A DNA stretch of 36,310 nt from Polymyxa betae A26-41 (GCA_003693705.1 RBZT01000830.1:1-36310), one strand, 5' to 3'; shown: positions 1 to 12,000, counted from the first letter of the stretch. Program-made: numbers and translations. Notes: generated from the sequence alone by a model not told the origin.

Positions 1-793
1 AAAACCTTGCCAGAACCCCAGTTAAAATGGGTCAGTTCCAACCGGAGCAGCAGTCGTACAGATAGCATCGCCTTCAGCGTTCAATACGAGATATTCAGTC
101 CGCCGATGCAAGCAATAAAGATAATCGTCTTATTCGCAAAATGCTGTAAGAAATCAGGACGACGCGAGAACGAGAAGCAAACCGGCTACCTTGGACGAGA
201 TCGAACCGGGTGAAGCGCTCTTCAGGAATGTTATCCCATAGCTCGCCATGGAATAGAATGCAGTCGAGGAACCTGTCGTAGATGGGAACGAGCTCAACCA
301 TGATGGCAATCGGCTAATCTATCAAAAGGTTTAATACAATACTACAGAGGTATAATCGGCGGCAAACTGACCGGATGACCTTGATCGAGACGTTCGAGTC
401 GCCTGGTGAGCGCCATCCATCAACGCGCCCAAAGCCGATGACCACCGTAGACAACCCCCGGAGAGCGAAGATTCTGGTCTCCGGCGTCTTCTCCGAACAG
501 GAAGCGGCCGATGTCAAAGCTAACAATACGTTTGGGCAGAGCAGGAAGACATTCGGAGATATTCGGACGAATGATCGGGTCAAGCTGGCCCCGAGAACTC
601 AATCGGGGTCATCGGTTTCCATCTTCAAATGCTTGGAAACGCCGTCGCTCTTGCCATCTACATCGCTGGCTTTCATAGGTAGGCAGCGGCGCCAGTGATT
701 ACTACCCGGATGTAGTGTCGAACGGCGCCGGATATTGCTATCGTTCATTTTCTCAATATTCGGGATTCTCTCACAATGAATGGACGCAAGCAA
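1..793 (-). pseudogene. Possible degraded multi-exon gene of unknown function, running off the window edge
   Basis: Protein-like segments (LDPIIRPNISECLPALPKRIVSFDIG..., MVELVPIYDRFLDCILFHGELWDNIPEERF) are separated by GT..AG-bounded gaps of about 50 nt, but the joined frames contain in-frame TGA stops. No family recognised. Confidence 0.3.
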
Positions 794-928
794 AATAATA
801 TCGAATCAATGATTTAATCGATAGATGCAGGATAGATCATGCTTGAGAAGCGAATTCGGGTTTCGACTTCACCATTCCGATCCTAATCAGAGCGCAAATC
901 AACTTCTAGTCAAATAGTCCAATAAAAC

Positions 929-2808
929 TTACTTTAAAGAAGGTTTGCTCATCAAATGGCTCGGGACATTGGACATAATCAGCTCGTAACGAGCCAAATA
1001 CGCCTGACAGATCTGGTCCCAGTTCGCCGCCATCAGTTGCTTCTTCAGGGCGGTGATGATCAGGTGGCAGTCGTGGCCGTTGACCACCAGGTTCTTCTGC
1101 GAGCGAAACATCAACTTCCAGAACCATCCGCGTTCCTTCTTGTAAGTCATGTTTGGGTCGATCCGAGGTAGGACACTCTCAAGGGCATCGCCGATGATGT
1201 TGGTCAGGTTAGGGATTCGCTTCAACCGATGGGCGACAATCTTACCCATTTCACGGTTGAAGTCTTTGACCTGTTTTTCCGACAAATTTTGCAGAATTTG
1301 TGAAACAACGCATGAGGCATCGAGTTCGCTGGACTCGTCGTTCGACAATAGCTGATTTAGACGCTCGCTATTTTGGGCCAGGTAGTTCAAACAGTCTTTA
1401 AGCGTGGCATCGGCATAAAGGTCGGCAACTTGGTCAGCGATCTTCAGAAGCGCTGCCTTCAGGCAGTCTTCGATATTCTTGTTTCCAAACATGATGTCCT
1501 CCATACTGGAAAGCAGCGGAGAGAGCAGCTTTTCGCCCTTCATTTTCGATGCCAGCCAGGGCACAGGGGATTTCGGTTCATACCAATGCAGGACATACTG
1601 GACGCCTTTGTGTTGGACATCGACTACAGCAAATGATCAGAGGAAAGGACAACATAGAAGTGTGTGATGAGCGCAACATTTTAAACAGAGATTACGCAGA
1701 AAAGAAGCGAAAGATTTGGCGACTGCGCAACAGTTGAGAAAAAAGATTGCGCAAAAAAGACGCGAGAGATTTGGCGATCTCGCAACATTTTAAACAGAGA
1801 ATTGCGCAGATAAAAAGATGCGAAAGATTTAGCGATATTATCGCAGGAAAAAAGTACGTGAATGAAATGAGTGAAAGGTAAAATATACTGCTAAAATTTC
1901 AAATGCGGCAGTAGTGACTTGGATGATTGCAAATCGCTTACCGTGGACGTAACAGAAATGCTGGAATAGATCTTCCGGTAATTCAGGTGATCCTTTTGAG
2001 ACTATACATTCGATGACTTTGTCGCAAATCTGATGAAGATGACAAGTGGGAAGCGGGTGGGCCTGATCTATCAGCGATTTCAGTGACGATATTCATGTAA
2101 ACAAATGGTGATTTTTCTACCCGTAGAAATGTAATCGATCGAGATCCATGAATCCCGGCCGTCGTTCGTCCAGTTCAGCACATTCGGAGCGGCAACAAAA
2201 GGCTCCTGCGTCAGGTCCACTGACCACCAGAGGGCTCGCAGTCCCAGCGCCTCCGATAACGATGATGACGTTCGCAGCTCCGGCGTCACTTCCGTCGAGG
2301 TCGAGGAGGTTCGCAGCCCCGGCTTCAGTTCCGTCAAAGACACGAACACTGGTTGCTGTTCCGACGCCAGATCCGTCGACGTCGAGGAGGTTGGCAGCGC
2401 CGGATTCAGTTCCGTCGACGACCTGAGAATTGGTTGCTCAGGAGTCAAATCCGCCGATGACGACGAACTTCGCAAACGCAGCCGCGGCTCCAAGTCCGCC
2501 AGCGACTTGAAAGCTGATTGAAGCCTTGGCCTCAGATCCGACGTGGATGTAGATGGCTTCAACGACGTGGTTGTGGGCGAGTCCCATGTCGACGTTGGAG
2601 CCTTCTGCGTCAAATCCGAGAGCGACGAGGAGGTTGACATTCTTGGCGAATTCGACGACGTGGAATCGCGCAGCTCCAGCTCCAGCTTTAACGACGTGTA
2701 GGCTGGTGGCGCCATTTGGAACGGCCTGATTTTGTTGGAGCGGCGGTAGTCTTGCGACGCAGCATGGGAACCCCAGGCCAGCAGGCAGATCAGCAGCAAT
2801 TGCGACAT
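929..2808 (-). CDS. Secreted protein (~502 aa) with N-terminal Ser/Thr-rich repeats and a helical C-terminal region; effector candidate
   Basis: Exons 2808-2121, 2067-1942 and 1623-929 are joined by GT-AG introns of 53 and 318 nt, both phase 1. Together they give one open 1509-nt frame linking ORFs 2080..2814 and 929..1564. The N-terminus MSQLLLICLLAWGSHAA looks like a signal peptide, and there are repeated TEL(K/N)P.L.TSSTST units. Confidence 0.75.
1671..1845. repeat. Degenerate ~55-bp tandem repeat (3 units) inside intron 2 of the secreted gene
   Basis: Units start at 1671, 1725 and 1780, each of the form (g/t)cgcaaca...aga(a)tt(a/g)cgca...gcga(a/g)agattt(g/a)gcga. Confidence 0.8.
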
Positions 2809-3080
2809 TTTCAATGAATGATCCGAAGCTGGGAAATCCCCGTCAGGGCTCCGTCGCGGGTCATGTCATTCCGTCCAGTTGGTCGGCCATGACCCGTCCT
2901 GTCCGACCACTGGCGTCTGACTAAAACCCTAGAACCCTAGGCGCCAGTGCGGACATTTTTTTGGATTGACATCATGTTCTGGCCATACTGATCGATTTTA
3001 GATCAAAATTTTCGACACTTTTTGTGGGAAAATTGCGGAAAAAGGGGTTTTAGACCATTCTAGACTTTAGGCAGATGCTA

Positions 3081-4234
3081 CCGTTTTCCCCCGCACATAA
3101 GGCATATGCCTTATATTCAAGGGTGGATATTTTTTTGCCATTCTCGCCTACGGTAGTCTATTCCTCGAAGATAAGGCATATGCCCTGTATTCAAGGTAAC
3201 GTAAAGTATGCCTTCTATTCAAGGGTTCTACATTCCATTGTTGGTGAAAGTCCGTGTGCCTAATATTCGAGGTTTTGGACATTTGTTAACATTTTGCAGC
3301 GCAGCGCAAGCTCTTTATTCAGATGTATCTGGAAGACGAGCCGTCTAAATTATTTATGGCCCATTTACCTAATACTAAACTACAACCATGTCTGACACTG
3401 CCGGCCGTCTCGTCGCGCCGTCTCCTTCAACAGGATCCGCATTATACTTCTATTTCAATCTTTGCTCGGGGTTCCGAACCTCAATATCAATAAGAAAGAG
3501 CTGTACTAACGTTGAAAACTCTATTCATTTTATTGAGCTTCAAAATCCTCGAATAAAGGGACCAGAATCCAATCCCTTGAGAGGCTGGTTCAAGTGGAAT
3601 AAATGCGCATGCGCAATTCACCGGAATTTTCCATTCCACCAATCAGATTCCCCGTCCCGCATTTTCCACCGCGGCTATCGTCTGGGGGATGTCATTATCA
3701 AACGAAGCTATTGCTGCAATTGTCGGTAGTCTTAATGCTCTAATTAATGCCATTGTTCATTTGAGTTCCGGGGCTGCCCAAATGGTAACTGAGGTCGCTT
3801 CCAATTGTGATGTCGGGCCTATCGAGCATCGATTTCTCGTAGAGATTCTATCAGATATCCACAATTTCCGGTAGCAAAATGTTTCAGCAATTTAGATGGT
3901 CGCCCTCTTGCCCGCATGTTCGTCCCATGGCTAGACAAGGTGGAAGGAGCTAGTTTCGGGACCGATTCAGTCGACATGGCTGACGCCCAGAACCGGAGAA
4001 ATTGCAAAGAATGCAACTCCCAGTGGGCGCAACCCTGGCGCAGCCCTTAAAAATCTGCTGCCGCATTTTCCGCCCGCTGCACTTTTCAACCGCATTTTCC
4101 TTTATTGCGCATTTATTCCCCGCATATTTTCACACTTGAACCAGCCTCTGCACACCACGCAGTTTTCGAATAGAAGGCCCATGTGCCTTCTACTCAAATA
4201 CAAGGCACTGTGCCTTATGTGCGGGGGAAAACGG
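3081..4234. mobile_element. Non-autonomous Tc1/mariner-pogo type DNA transposon (1154 bp)
   Basis: Perfect 24-bp terminal inverted repeats CCGTTTTCCCCCGCACATAAGGCA at 3081-3104 and 4211-4234, with TA on both flanks (3079-80, 4235-36). Subterminal tgcc-N-tattc(a/g)agg repeats are present. No intact transposase ORF. Confidence 0.85.
3580..4149. repeat. Nested 17-bp inverted repeat pair inside the transposon; possible second inserted element
   Basis: AGAGGCTGGTTCAAGTG (3580-3596) has its reverse complement at 4133-4149, and a shared ggaataaatgcgca motif lies just inside both ends. No target-site duplication seen. Confidence 0.55.
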
Positions 4235-4984
4235 TAGATCAAATTGCAAACCCTAACACACTATGCTCAATAATAGGCAGAGCGACTGTTTAGTAAGATT
4301 ACATGGCTGTGTTGAATGGAATTTTTTGTACCATACAATCGACCGTAACGATACATTTCGCAATTTGCTGCCTGCTGAACTGGATGCTCTACGAAGCTTC
4401 TGCTGCTGGCAAGCCAGTTTCTGCAATTCCGTCGATCATTCTCCATGGATATACTTAGTGTCTACAATCGAACTGGTTCTACCGGAACCAGATCGTTCGA
4501 TGTTGCAAGTATCGGGTAAGATAAAAGGCTGCCCGCATTACCATTGATTGTTCGTTTGTTTATTCGGGTTGTTACGCCATTAATAGGCAATGTAGGCGAC
4601 ACATTATCCGCATGTGCAGGGGCTGCAAGAACAGCAACTCGTACTAGAAATTCGGAGCTTCTTCCACCGTGGTATTCGCCTTGCTTTTTGGTGTGAATGT
4701 ACCGGTTTTGGCATCGTGGGACCTCTGCAATTTGCTTTCTCAGTTGATACTTCACCCGATGACAAATTTCTATCTTTTTTAATAAAAATTGTGAATTTTC
4801 CATTCGGTCTCGAAAGACCTACAGATGTGGTGATAACGACAAGTCGGTACCACTGGCGGTGACGCGACATTGACCCGGATGGCTCTTGATACAGTTTGCC
4901 TCACGGAGTGACCATCTTCCCATTCGAACCCGGTCTTGACCTGACTCGATTGAGCTCGCCTCACATTACTTTTGTCGTGAAATC

Positions 4985-5188
4985 ATGAGGGTGATCCTGA
5001 TCACATCGCTGATCCTGGTGGCGGTGTCAGCCATGAATCGTGGAGGCCGCTCCGGATGCGGCACAATATCGCGACAATCGTTGAGAAAACTGCGCCTGTG
5101 TCGTTATACAGAGGGAGGAATGTTGCGAAAAGGTCATTGTCCACTGGACAGTCTATTATTAGGCCTAAAAGGCCACAGGAAGTCTTAA
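4985..5188 (+). CDS. Possible small secreted peptide (67 aa) or frameshifted remnant
   Basis: Signal-peptide-like start MRVILITSLILVAVSA. Overlapping ORF 5056..5265 might be the continuation in another frame. No family recognised. Confidence 0.3.
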   Translation: MRVILITSLILVAVSAMNRGGRSGCGTISRQSLRKLRLCRYTEGGMLRKGHCPLDSLLLGLKGHRKS

Positions 5189-5392
5189 ATTTAGCAGTGT
5201 CGAGAGGAGTTGATGTCCAGTCGCAGGTACGGACTTCCCAGCTATTAGGGCAGATAATCACATAAACCCGAACCGGTTTTTAAGCTCGTTTCAGACCCAT
5301 CAATTCTTCATTCTGTTGTCAGTGTTGCATACTCAACCACTATCCCTGGTGGGTTCCCTCTCACTTACATCGTTCTATTATCGTACTAGTCC

Positions 5393-7370
5393 ATGATGCA
5401 TCCCATCTATCTGCTCGCAGCCATATTGTTCGTAGTCAACGGCGCTCATGCTGTGACTCTGACGGCGCCAGCTGCTACGGGTGTTGCTGCTCCCGTGCTC
5501 TCTCATTCAGCTCTCAGCGATGCACAACTGTTTGCGCCCACATTGAAACGTATCATGAAGCAGCCGATCGAAGCACGACAGTTTGCGCCCCCATCGATCT
5601 ATTCACGCCGATCGTCGTCTGGCGCCGTGAAGGCAGTCCCCTCGAATCAAGTCGAACCTATCGAGCAGACAGCGCAAGGCCCAGATGCCGACAAATGGGC
5701 GGACTTATTCTGTGCTGATTCGACGGAATCCCTGGATTATCCGCCCGATCTCTACATCATGACAATGATTATGATGGGCGGTTTCAATGACACAGACTTA
5801 GAGTTAATCATGAGCGGGGGGTAATCACTCCAAAACAACCTTCATTCTAAACTCTAAAATCCAAGCACAGGTTCCGCGATGTCTCTCCGGGTTCAGCCGA
5901 CAAACTGGTCAAGCTGATCCGCGAACGGTTGCAGAATCAGGTCCAGTACGAAATGAGCCTCAAGTCGAACATTGAGCCGCAAAGGGTCTGGGACAACGTA
6001 CTGACCCAGATCTTCAAATTTCGGTATGGTCGCGATTACCGTTTATGGGCGCTGCTGTTGAAATCGCTGTACGACTCCGGTGACATTGACTCCTGGAAAG
6101 TAACGAAGTGCTTCGTTGACTATTCCGAAGATTTCGTCGCGAAAAGGTGCTTTCTTATATTCTTTTAGCAGAAGCGGTTTGTTTTTCAAGTATTCTTCAC
6201 TAAGAGGAAAGATTACGTATTTTCAGTTCTCTTTGTTCAATGTTTCCTCTTAACGGCTTGAATACTCACTTTTTCGAAAGTTTTCGTGAAATTTCGTTTG
6301 CAAAATTGCAGCTCTGACCGTTTTCAGATTTCCCGACACCGATTCAGTAGCTGCGAACTTCGTTAACGGATGCGTTATTCTGGCTTCAATCAATGACGGG
6401 CTTGACTTCCTCTCATTGCTCATGGGACAGATCGTAGTCCAAGCGCTAGATCCTGAATATCCTGTGGAAAACGAGGAGCTGCGACGTCTCGTAAAACTCG
6501 TTGTCCTTATATCGCCAAAGATCGCCTTAGAGCCATTTGAGATTTTTGACAAACTCATCATGAACGGCGGTAATCACTCCAAAACAACCTTCATTCTAAA
6601 CTCTAAAATCCTAGCACAGGTTCAGAAATGTCTCTTCGGACACAGCGGGCGAACTGGTCATGCTGGCCCGCGCACTGTTGCAGAGACAGGTCCAGCAAAA
6701 AATGAGCCTCAAGTCGAACATTGACCCGCAAATGGCCTGGGACAGCGTACTGACCCAGAACTTGGCTAATTCGTATCGCTGCGATTTCCGTTTATGGGCG
6801 CTGCTGTTGAAATCGCTGTACGACTCCGGTGACATTGACAAGAAAACAATAAGCAAGTTCCAGGTTGCCTATAGCGCTAATTTCGTCAGTGCGGAAAGGT
6901 GATTTTTACATTGTTTTAGCAGAAACGTTTTTTTTCTAGTATCCTTCACTAAGAGGGAAGATTTTGACGCATTTTTTTCTCTAATCGGCGTGATAAGCCA
7001 CTCTTTCGAAAGTTTTCTTGAATTCTACAAAAGTGTAGCTCTGATCGTTTTTCAGAGTATCACCCGACTCCGATTCAGAAGTTGCGAACCTCATTGACGG
7101 ATGCGCCATTCTGGCTTCAATCAACAACGACGAGCGTGTTTTCACCAAAATTCTATGGGAACTGATCAACCGCGAGCAGGATCAATTGCGAGTTCTGAAA
7201 ACCGTGACAGCGCGGAGCTGCGACGTCTCCTGAAACTGAGTATCCTGCTGGCGAACAAGGTGGCCAAGCTCGACTCTGACCTAGATTGGTACTTGACCAG
7301 CCACCTATTTTATGTCGTTTCGTCGGAGGTTGGCTGTTACGAAGAAATGTTACCCTATCTCCGTCAATGA
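5393..7370 (+). CDS. Secreted tandem-module protein (effector candidate); 3' module frameshifted (partial pseudogene or assembly error)
   Basis: Signal peptide MMHPIYLLAAILFVVNGAHA. Exons 5393-5820, 5871-6146 and 6328-6569 splice in frame via GT-AG introns. Homologous exons 6620-6898 and 7056-7370 follow, but the junction at 6569/6620 is one base short and a second frameshift lies near 7190. Confidence 0.75.
5810..7240 (+). repeat. Intragenic tandem duplication, period ~750 bp (intron-exon-intron-exon unit)
   Basis: Introns 5821-5870 and 6570-6619 are identical at 49/50 nt. The motifs RLWALLLKSLYDSGDID, GC.ILASIN and ELRRL.KL occur in both copies. Confidence 0.9.
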
Positions 7371-9046
7371 TCCCGCTTGAAATCTGCTGTCTTAACAAAC
7401 ATTTCTCTCTCTCTCATCAATACATTTTAATGGTTTTAGTTGTAATTACCGACTCTGCTTACGACTTTGTAGTAAATTGGTTGCTAACCACTGTATGGGG
7501 ATGTGTTTCGAAGCCTCCACTTACAAGGCGACATGAGGAATGACATTGATTGATGATCTCTCCGGCCAATAAATAATCAATCAAACTTCTGAAAAAATTT
7601 CGTTTTTCTAAAGCCTCTTTCACTTTCACAATACCCATAATAGAGAGAATCCACTCCCCATTCTTGGAGATTGGATTCGATCGGATTTGTATAGTTGATT
7701 GATTTTTGTCAACAGGCGGCGCTATTCCCTAAGCGCATGGCCGATAGTACTTTGGCACTGCCTTGATAGGTATCAGTGCCCCCTACTACCAATATCGGAG
7801 CTTTTCATAACTTCGCCCTTTTAATATCTTGATTTCGACTCTGCCCTATCAGCAGGACCTGTGAGAGCTACAACAAAGTAGGATAGGCACCCGCCCAATC
7901 CAACAACAGGGACTCGAATCCATGTACCCAAACCCCTGTAATACTCCCCTACTGGTTTCCAGCTTTCGGCTTATTGTCGTTATATATGGCAGCCTTTCCT
8001 GTGTGCACAGGCCAGGAAAATCCATCTACATTGCATCCGGCACGATCCCATAAACGGTAATCTTCGCCCAGAAGGTTTCCTGTGCTTCAGCTTTTATTAC
8101 GGCTATAGCAGAGTCTGTTACTATTTGATCCCGAAAGAGGGGAAATCGTGATATTGCATGTAGCAGCGAGATCGGGGTAGATCTCATACATCTAGTGTAT
8201 GTTCTCATATATTCGATATATACAATCTCTACCCAGTCTTGGAGACAGCGACATCCGGCTTCGTCCCTTCCACGTCCGTAATAGCATCTTCTCGCGACGT
8301 CTGTGCCCGACACGTCATGGCGAAGCCGTCCCGCCGGGAACGGGCTCCGATCATGTCGTCGGCGAAAGTCGCACGCGTCCCATGATGGCACTGAAATTCA
8401 AGCGCTGTTCGTCATGAACAAATTAAAGAGGCAGGACGTCTGGACGGTTGCCAGCAGTCAATTGGCCGGTTCATTGCGAAAGGTGATCCATCTGCATGGA
8501 CTCGCAATTGTTCGCTGCCTATGCAAACGTCCAGGGTAGGTAGGGCTTCTATCAGAACGCTGTTGAGGATTTTTCTGACTTTTTGATTAAATAACGCGTT
8601 TTTTTCTCATTTGCAAAATTTGGCAAATTTTGGCGGAAAATGACGTGGGCTTGAAGTGCGTGTCGTCTACTTTTTGCGTGTCTCCTTTTTCAGTCGAGAA
8701 TAAGCAAGAGACATGGTTGAAATAAACTCCTTATTTCCCGAATCTAACTTTATTATGAGCATTTACGACGAACTTGAATTCCAGTTTTCTGGATCAGATT
8801 GTTCCGTCCATTTCGGTCTACAGAATAAACTCGCTCCCAAATTTCGTTAGGGACAGAGTTTTGCTCACTCTTAGCCTTTTCGATCTTCTCCCATCTGCTA
8901 GGAAGGCAGTCATCGTAGACTGAAGACAGCCAACAACAGCCCGGGCAATGGCAGCTTCATCCTCCGAATCAGTTGATGTTATCATCTACTTTTTTGAAGA
9001 CGGTTATCTCCTTTTTGCGTTCCGGATTGAACTGCGTTTTATCTAC

Positions 9047-12000
9047 TTATTGAAAAAGAAGGTCGGCGACCTCCTGAAATTATAAGGAGACGGAAAATGC
9101 GCTCCGTATGCAAGTTTATATCCTGACTGCTGTATCTTCGGTCATCGACAATATTTTCGACGAACTCGAGCTCAGATCGTCCAACGATGACTTCAGGTCT
9201 ACCACAGAGAGTTCGGTCGGCGATGAGAACCTATACAGTTGATAGGGAGCAATCGGCGTCGTCATTGACTTCCAGTTCAGCGGATGAACTAAATTCGACA
9301 TGATCAGCACAATCAGGATCGATTGGGCCAGGATCAGCCGCGGTGCGATCTGCAGCTGGCCCAAGACGTCGACCAGCGCCGACGACGTGAACTCGGATTT
9401 CAGCTGCGAACGGACCATGGCCACCATCGACTCCAGCGTCAATGAGCTGCTTACATTACGATGAACGAGAAACTGCAATAACCGCTGAAGATCTGGGCTC
9501 GGGTTTTCACCTGTTCATTGCTGATTGAGATGGGTTGAAAGACGCCATTATAAGCCTGCCTTGGGGGACAACCACATCTTTAGCACAGATTTCGATTCGT
9601 TTCGACGACGACGGCGTCTGCAGAAACTGGCGAATTTGCGGCCGGATATGCGACTCCATGCTTAACGACGATCCTCGGGCTGAGCAGACAGTTAAGAATC
9701 GGGACGAATGCCACGACGCCAATCGACATTACATGCAAGGACGTTGAGCAGAAGCAAAGAATCACGGAACATGTCTCTGGCAGCAATGAAGCGTTGATGA
9801 ATGCTTCGCTCCTTCTGCGATTTATCGCCCTGTGTGAGCGCTGTGTCATCTTCATGCGCAAATCCCAGCGCGATCAGCAGGCCGAGCATGGATTCAGTGA
9901 TATCGATAGCATCCTCGTCGTACCCAATCCGGTTCGATTGCGGTGACAGCAACGCCGCCCTATAATCCCAGTATTCGGGTGGCATCAAATCGCCTTTGCC
10001 CGTTCCGATGTCGGTTTTGCGCCAATCGGCCGCACAGAACGTGAAGGTGGTGATCACATCCGTCAAATGCATCAACGACCTAATCAGAACACAATCAGCG
10101 AACATTAGTTGATAGAAGAAAACAGGGAACAAAGATTCCTGGCGGAAACAATGATAGAATCAACAGCTAAAAATGATCAAAAATTGTTCATACTCAACAT
10201 GCTGATCGTCATGCAGGATCGAGAACCGATGCTTCTGCTTGTTGACCTTCGACACCAGGCATTCCAGGAAGACGGCGGCCGTCGCCCGGTTCGATTCGTT
10301 CAGGCGGCGAAACTGCGACATCGTCATCTTCAGCAGGTCGCCGAAATGGCCCGACGTGAACATCATGTCGAAATGGACCAGCACGACCAGGTGTATACGC
10401 AGCTGCAGGGATTCGCTGGTGATTAGGGCGGCCAATGGGCGGCGAATGTGTTTACATGCATATGCTCGTCGCGCATCGATTGGTTCGTTTGATCGAAGAC
10501 GATGGGCTGCAGAATCCATTCCAGCCATTCGGGTTGCAAGATCAAGGTCTGGGCGTTGGTCCTGTACGAATCGGATATTCAGTTTCGGGGAGAAAGACAC
10601 GTCGTACGACGTCGTATTACGGGTCGTCAAGTAGCAGCCAAGTTAGCTCGCGGAAGACGTTATTCTTGACGATCAGCGGAGCATAAACAGTGGCCAATAA
10701 CAGACCTTTCCAGATCTGTGGATACCTAAGAAGCTACAAAGGTCGTTTAACAATCTGGTAGAGAAGATCGGACTGAAAATTTTCCTACTTTGGGGAAACG
10801 CTGCGTCTTGGGGCCTTTCAAGCAGAGCATGACGGCTTCCGCGACCTGTTCGTTGAATCGATCGCCGTACAGATGTTGTTTGAGGAAAGAGGAGAACTTG
10901 TCCCGAGCCCCAGCCTAAAATGGAATCCTAAAAGCGAGGGCTGACAAGCACAATCATCTTACTTTGCCTTTAACAAGAAGCCATTTGAGCTGCACGGCCA
11001 ATGCCGACATGACGGGGTCGTTCTCATCGGGAACAGATTCCACAGCTGATTCAAAGCGAGGATCGCGCAGCACATATTTCAATATTGATCGAATCTCGCC
11101 TTGGACATTATCGGCACTATAATTGAGACATTCAAAACGTGTGACGCCTTCATGCAATAAAAAATTGAAAAAATCAATTCTGATGACATGCTATTTCGGA
11201 TCCAATTTTGAACTGATTAAACGAAAGGTTTGCTGAAAGCGAAATTTTGTACATTGTGTTGGAATCCGGGCGGGCTTGATTGGCGAGCTCCAGAAGCCGT
11301 GTCAGTATTAATCGATCAGTGCCCAAAAGCTGCACCAGAAGCTGTGCTTCGAGACCGCCAATGTCATGGACGATTCGAAGCAATTTCTGCCTGATAACAG
11401 TGCACTTGAATCATCAGTACAGTTTCAATCCCGGACAGAGACAGACCGAAACGCAGACGGATTATCGGTCTCATCGATGCTGCTTACTGACGATCGCAGC
11501 CGAATGTGTTTCCGATGCGGATCCGTTAACGGGGGCGTCGTCGCGGCCGTCGAGACCGGAGACGACGCCAGTAGTAACGGCGCCACGAACGACATACTTT
11601 GCTGATAGTGCAGCATTCTGAAAACAAATTGAGCTGAGCAGCACGACGATATCGGGAGGCGCCAACCTGGTGCGATTGATCTGCTGGGCTCCGAATTCGG
11701 TCACGATTACAGGCAGAGATAAACGCTTCTTATTCGAGGTCGGGCGGTGTTGGGTCGTGGTGGCTTCAACCGAACGCCTTCTTGGAACGATGCCCTGGTT
11801 AATGGCCTCAACCCATTCTTTGCAGGATTGCACCGAACCAGAGAGGAATCGCAGCACCCGAAGCTTGACCGGGTCGGCGCCGAACGAGACGTCGAACTCG
11901 AGTTCGGAAGGGGCGTCGTCGGCGAGAACGCACGAGACGATCGTGGTCAGATCGACGACGTCGTGGACGAGAGGGGCCGAGCTCGATCCATAAACGATTA

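Noticed and set aside
1-793. In-frame TGA codons as stop-codon recoding or selenocysteine
   Set aside because: Conserved genes in the window use TGG for Trp and TGA as a true stop, so ordinary pseudogene decay is simpler.
1671-1845. Repeat array as a possible CRISPR
   Set aside because: The units are contiguous degenerate tandem repeats with no unique spacers, inside a eukaryotic intron, and there are no cas genes.
2921-2940. Telomerase RNA template or chromosome end
   Set aside because: There are only about two imperfect repeat units, closed inside a short hairpin, with the pseudoknot-capable region upstream rather than downstream. Kept only as an unclassified structured element.
7700-8230. 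Possible solo LTR starting TGTCAACA
   Set aside because: No matching other end with a target-site duplication could be found.
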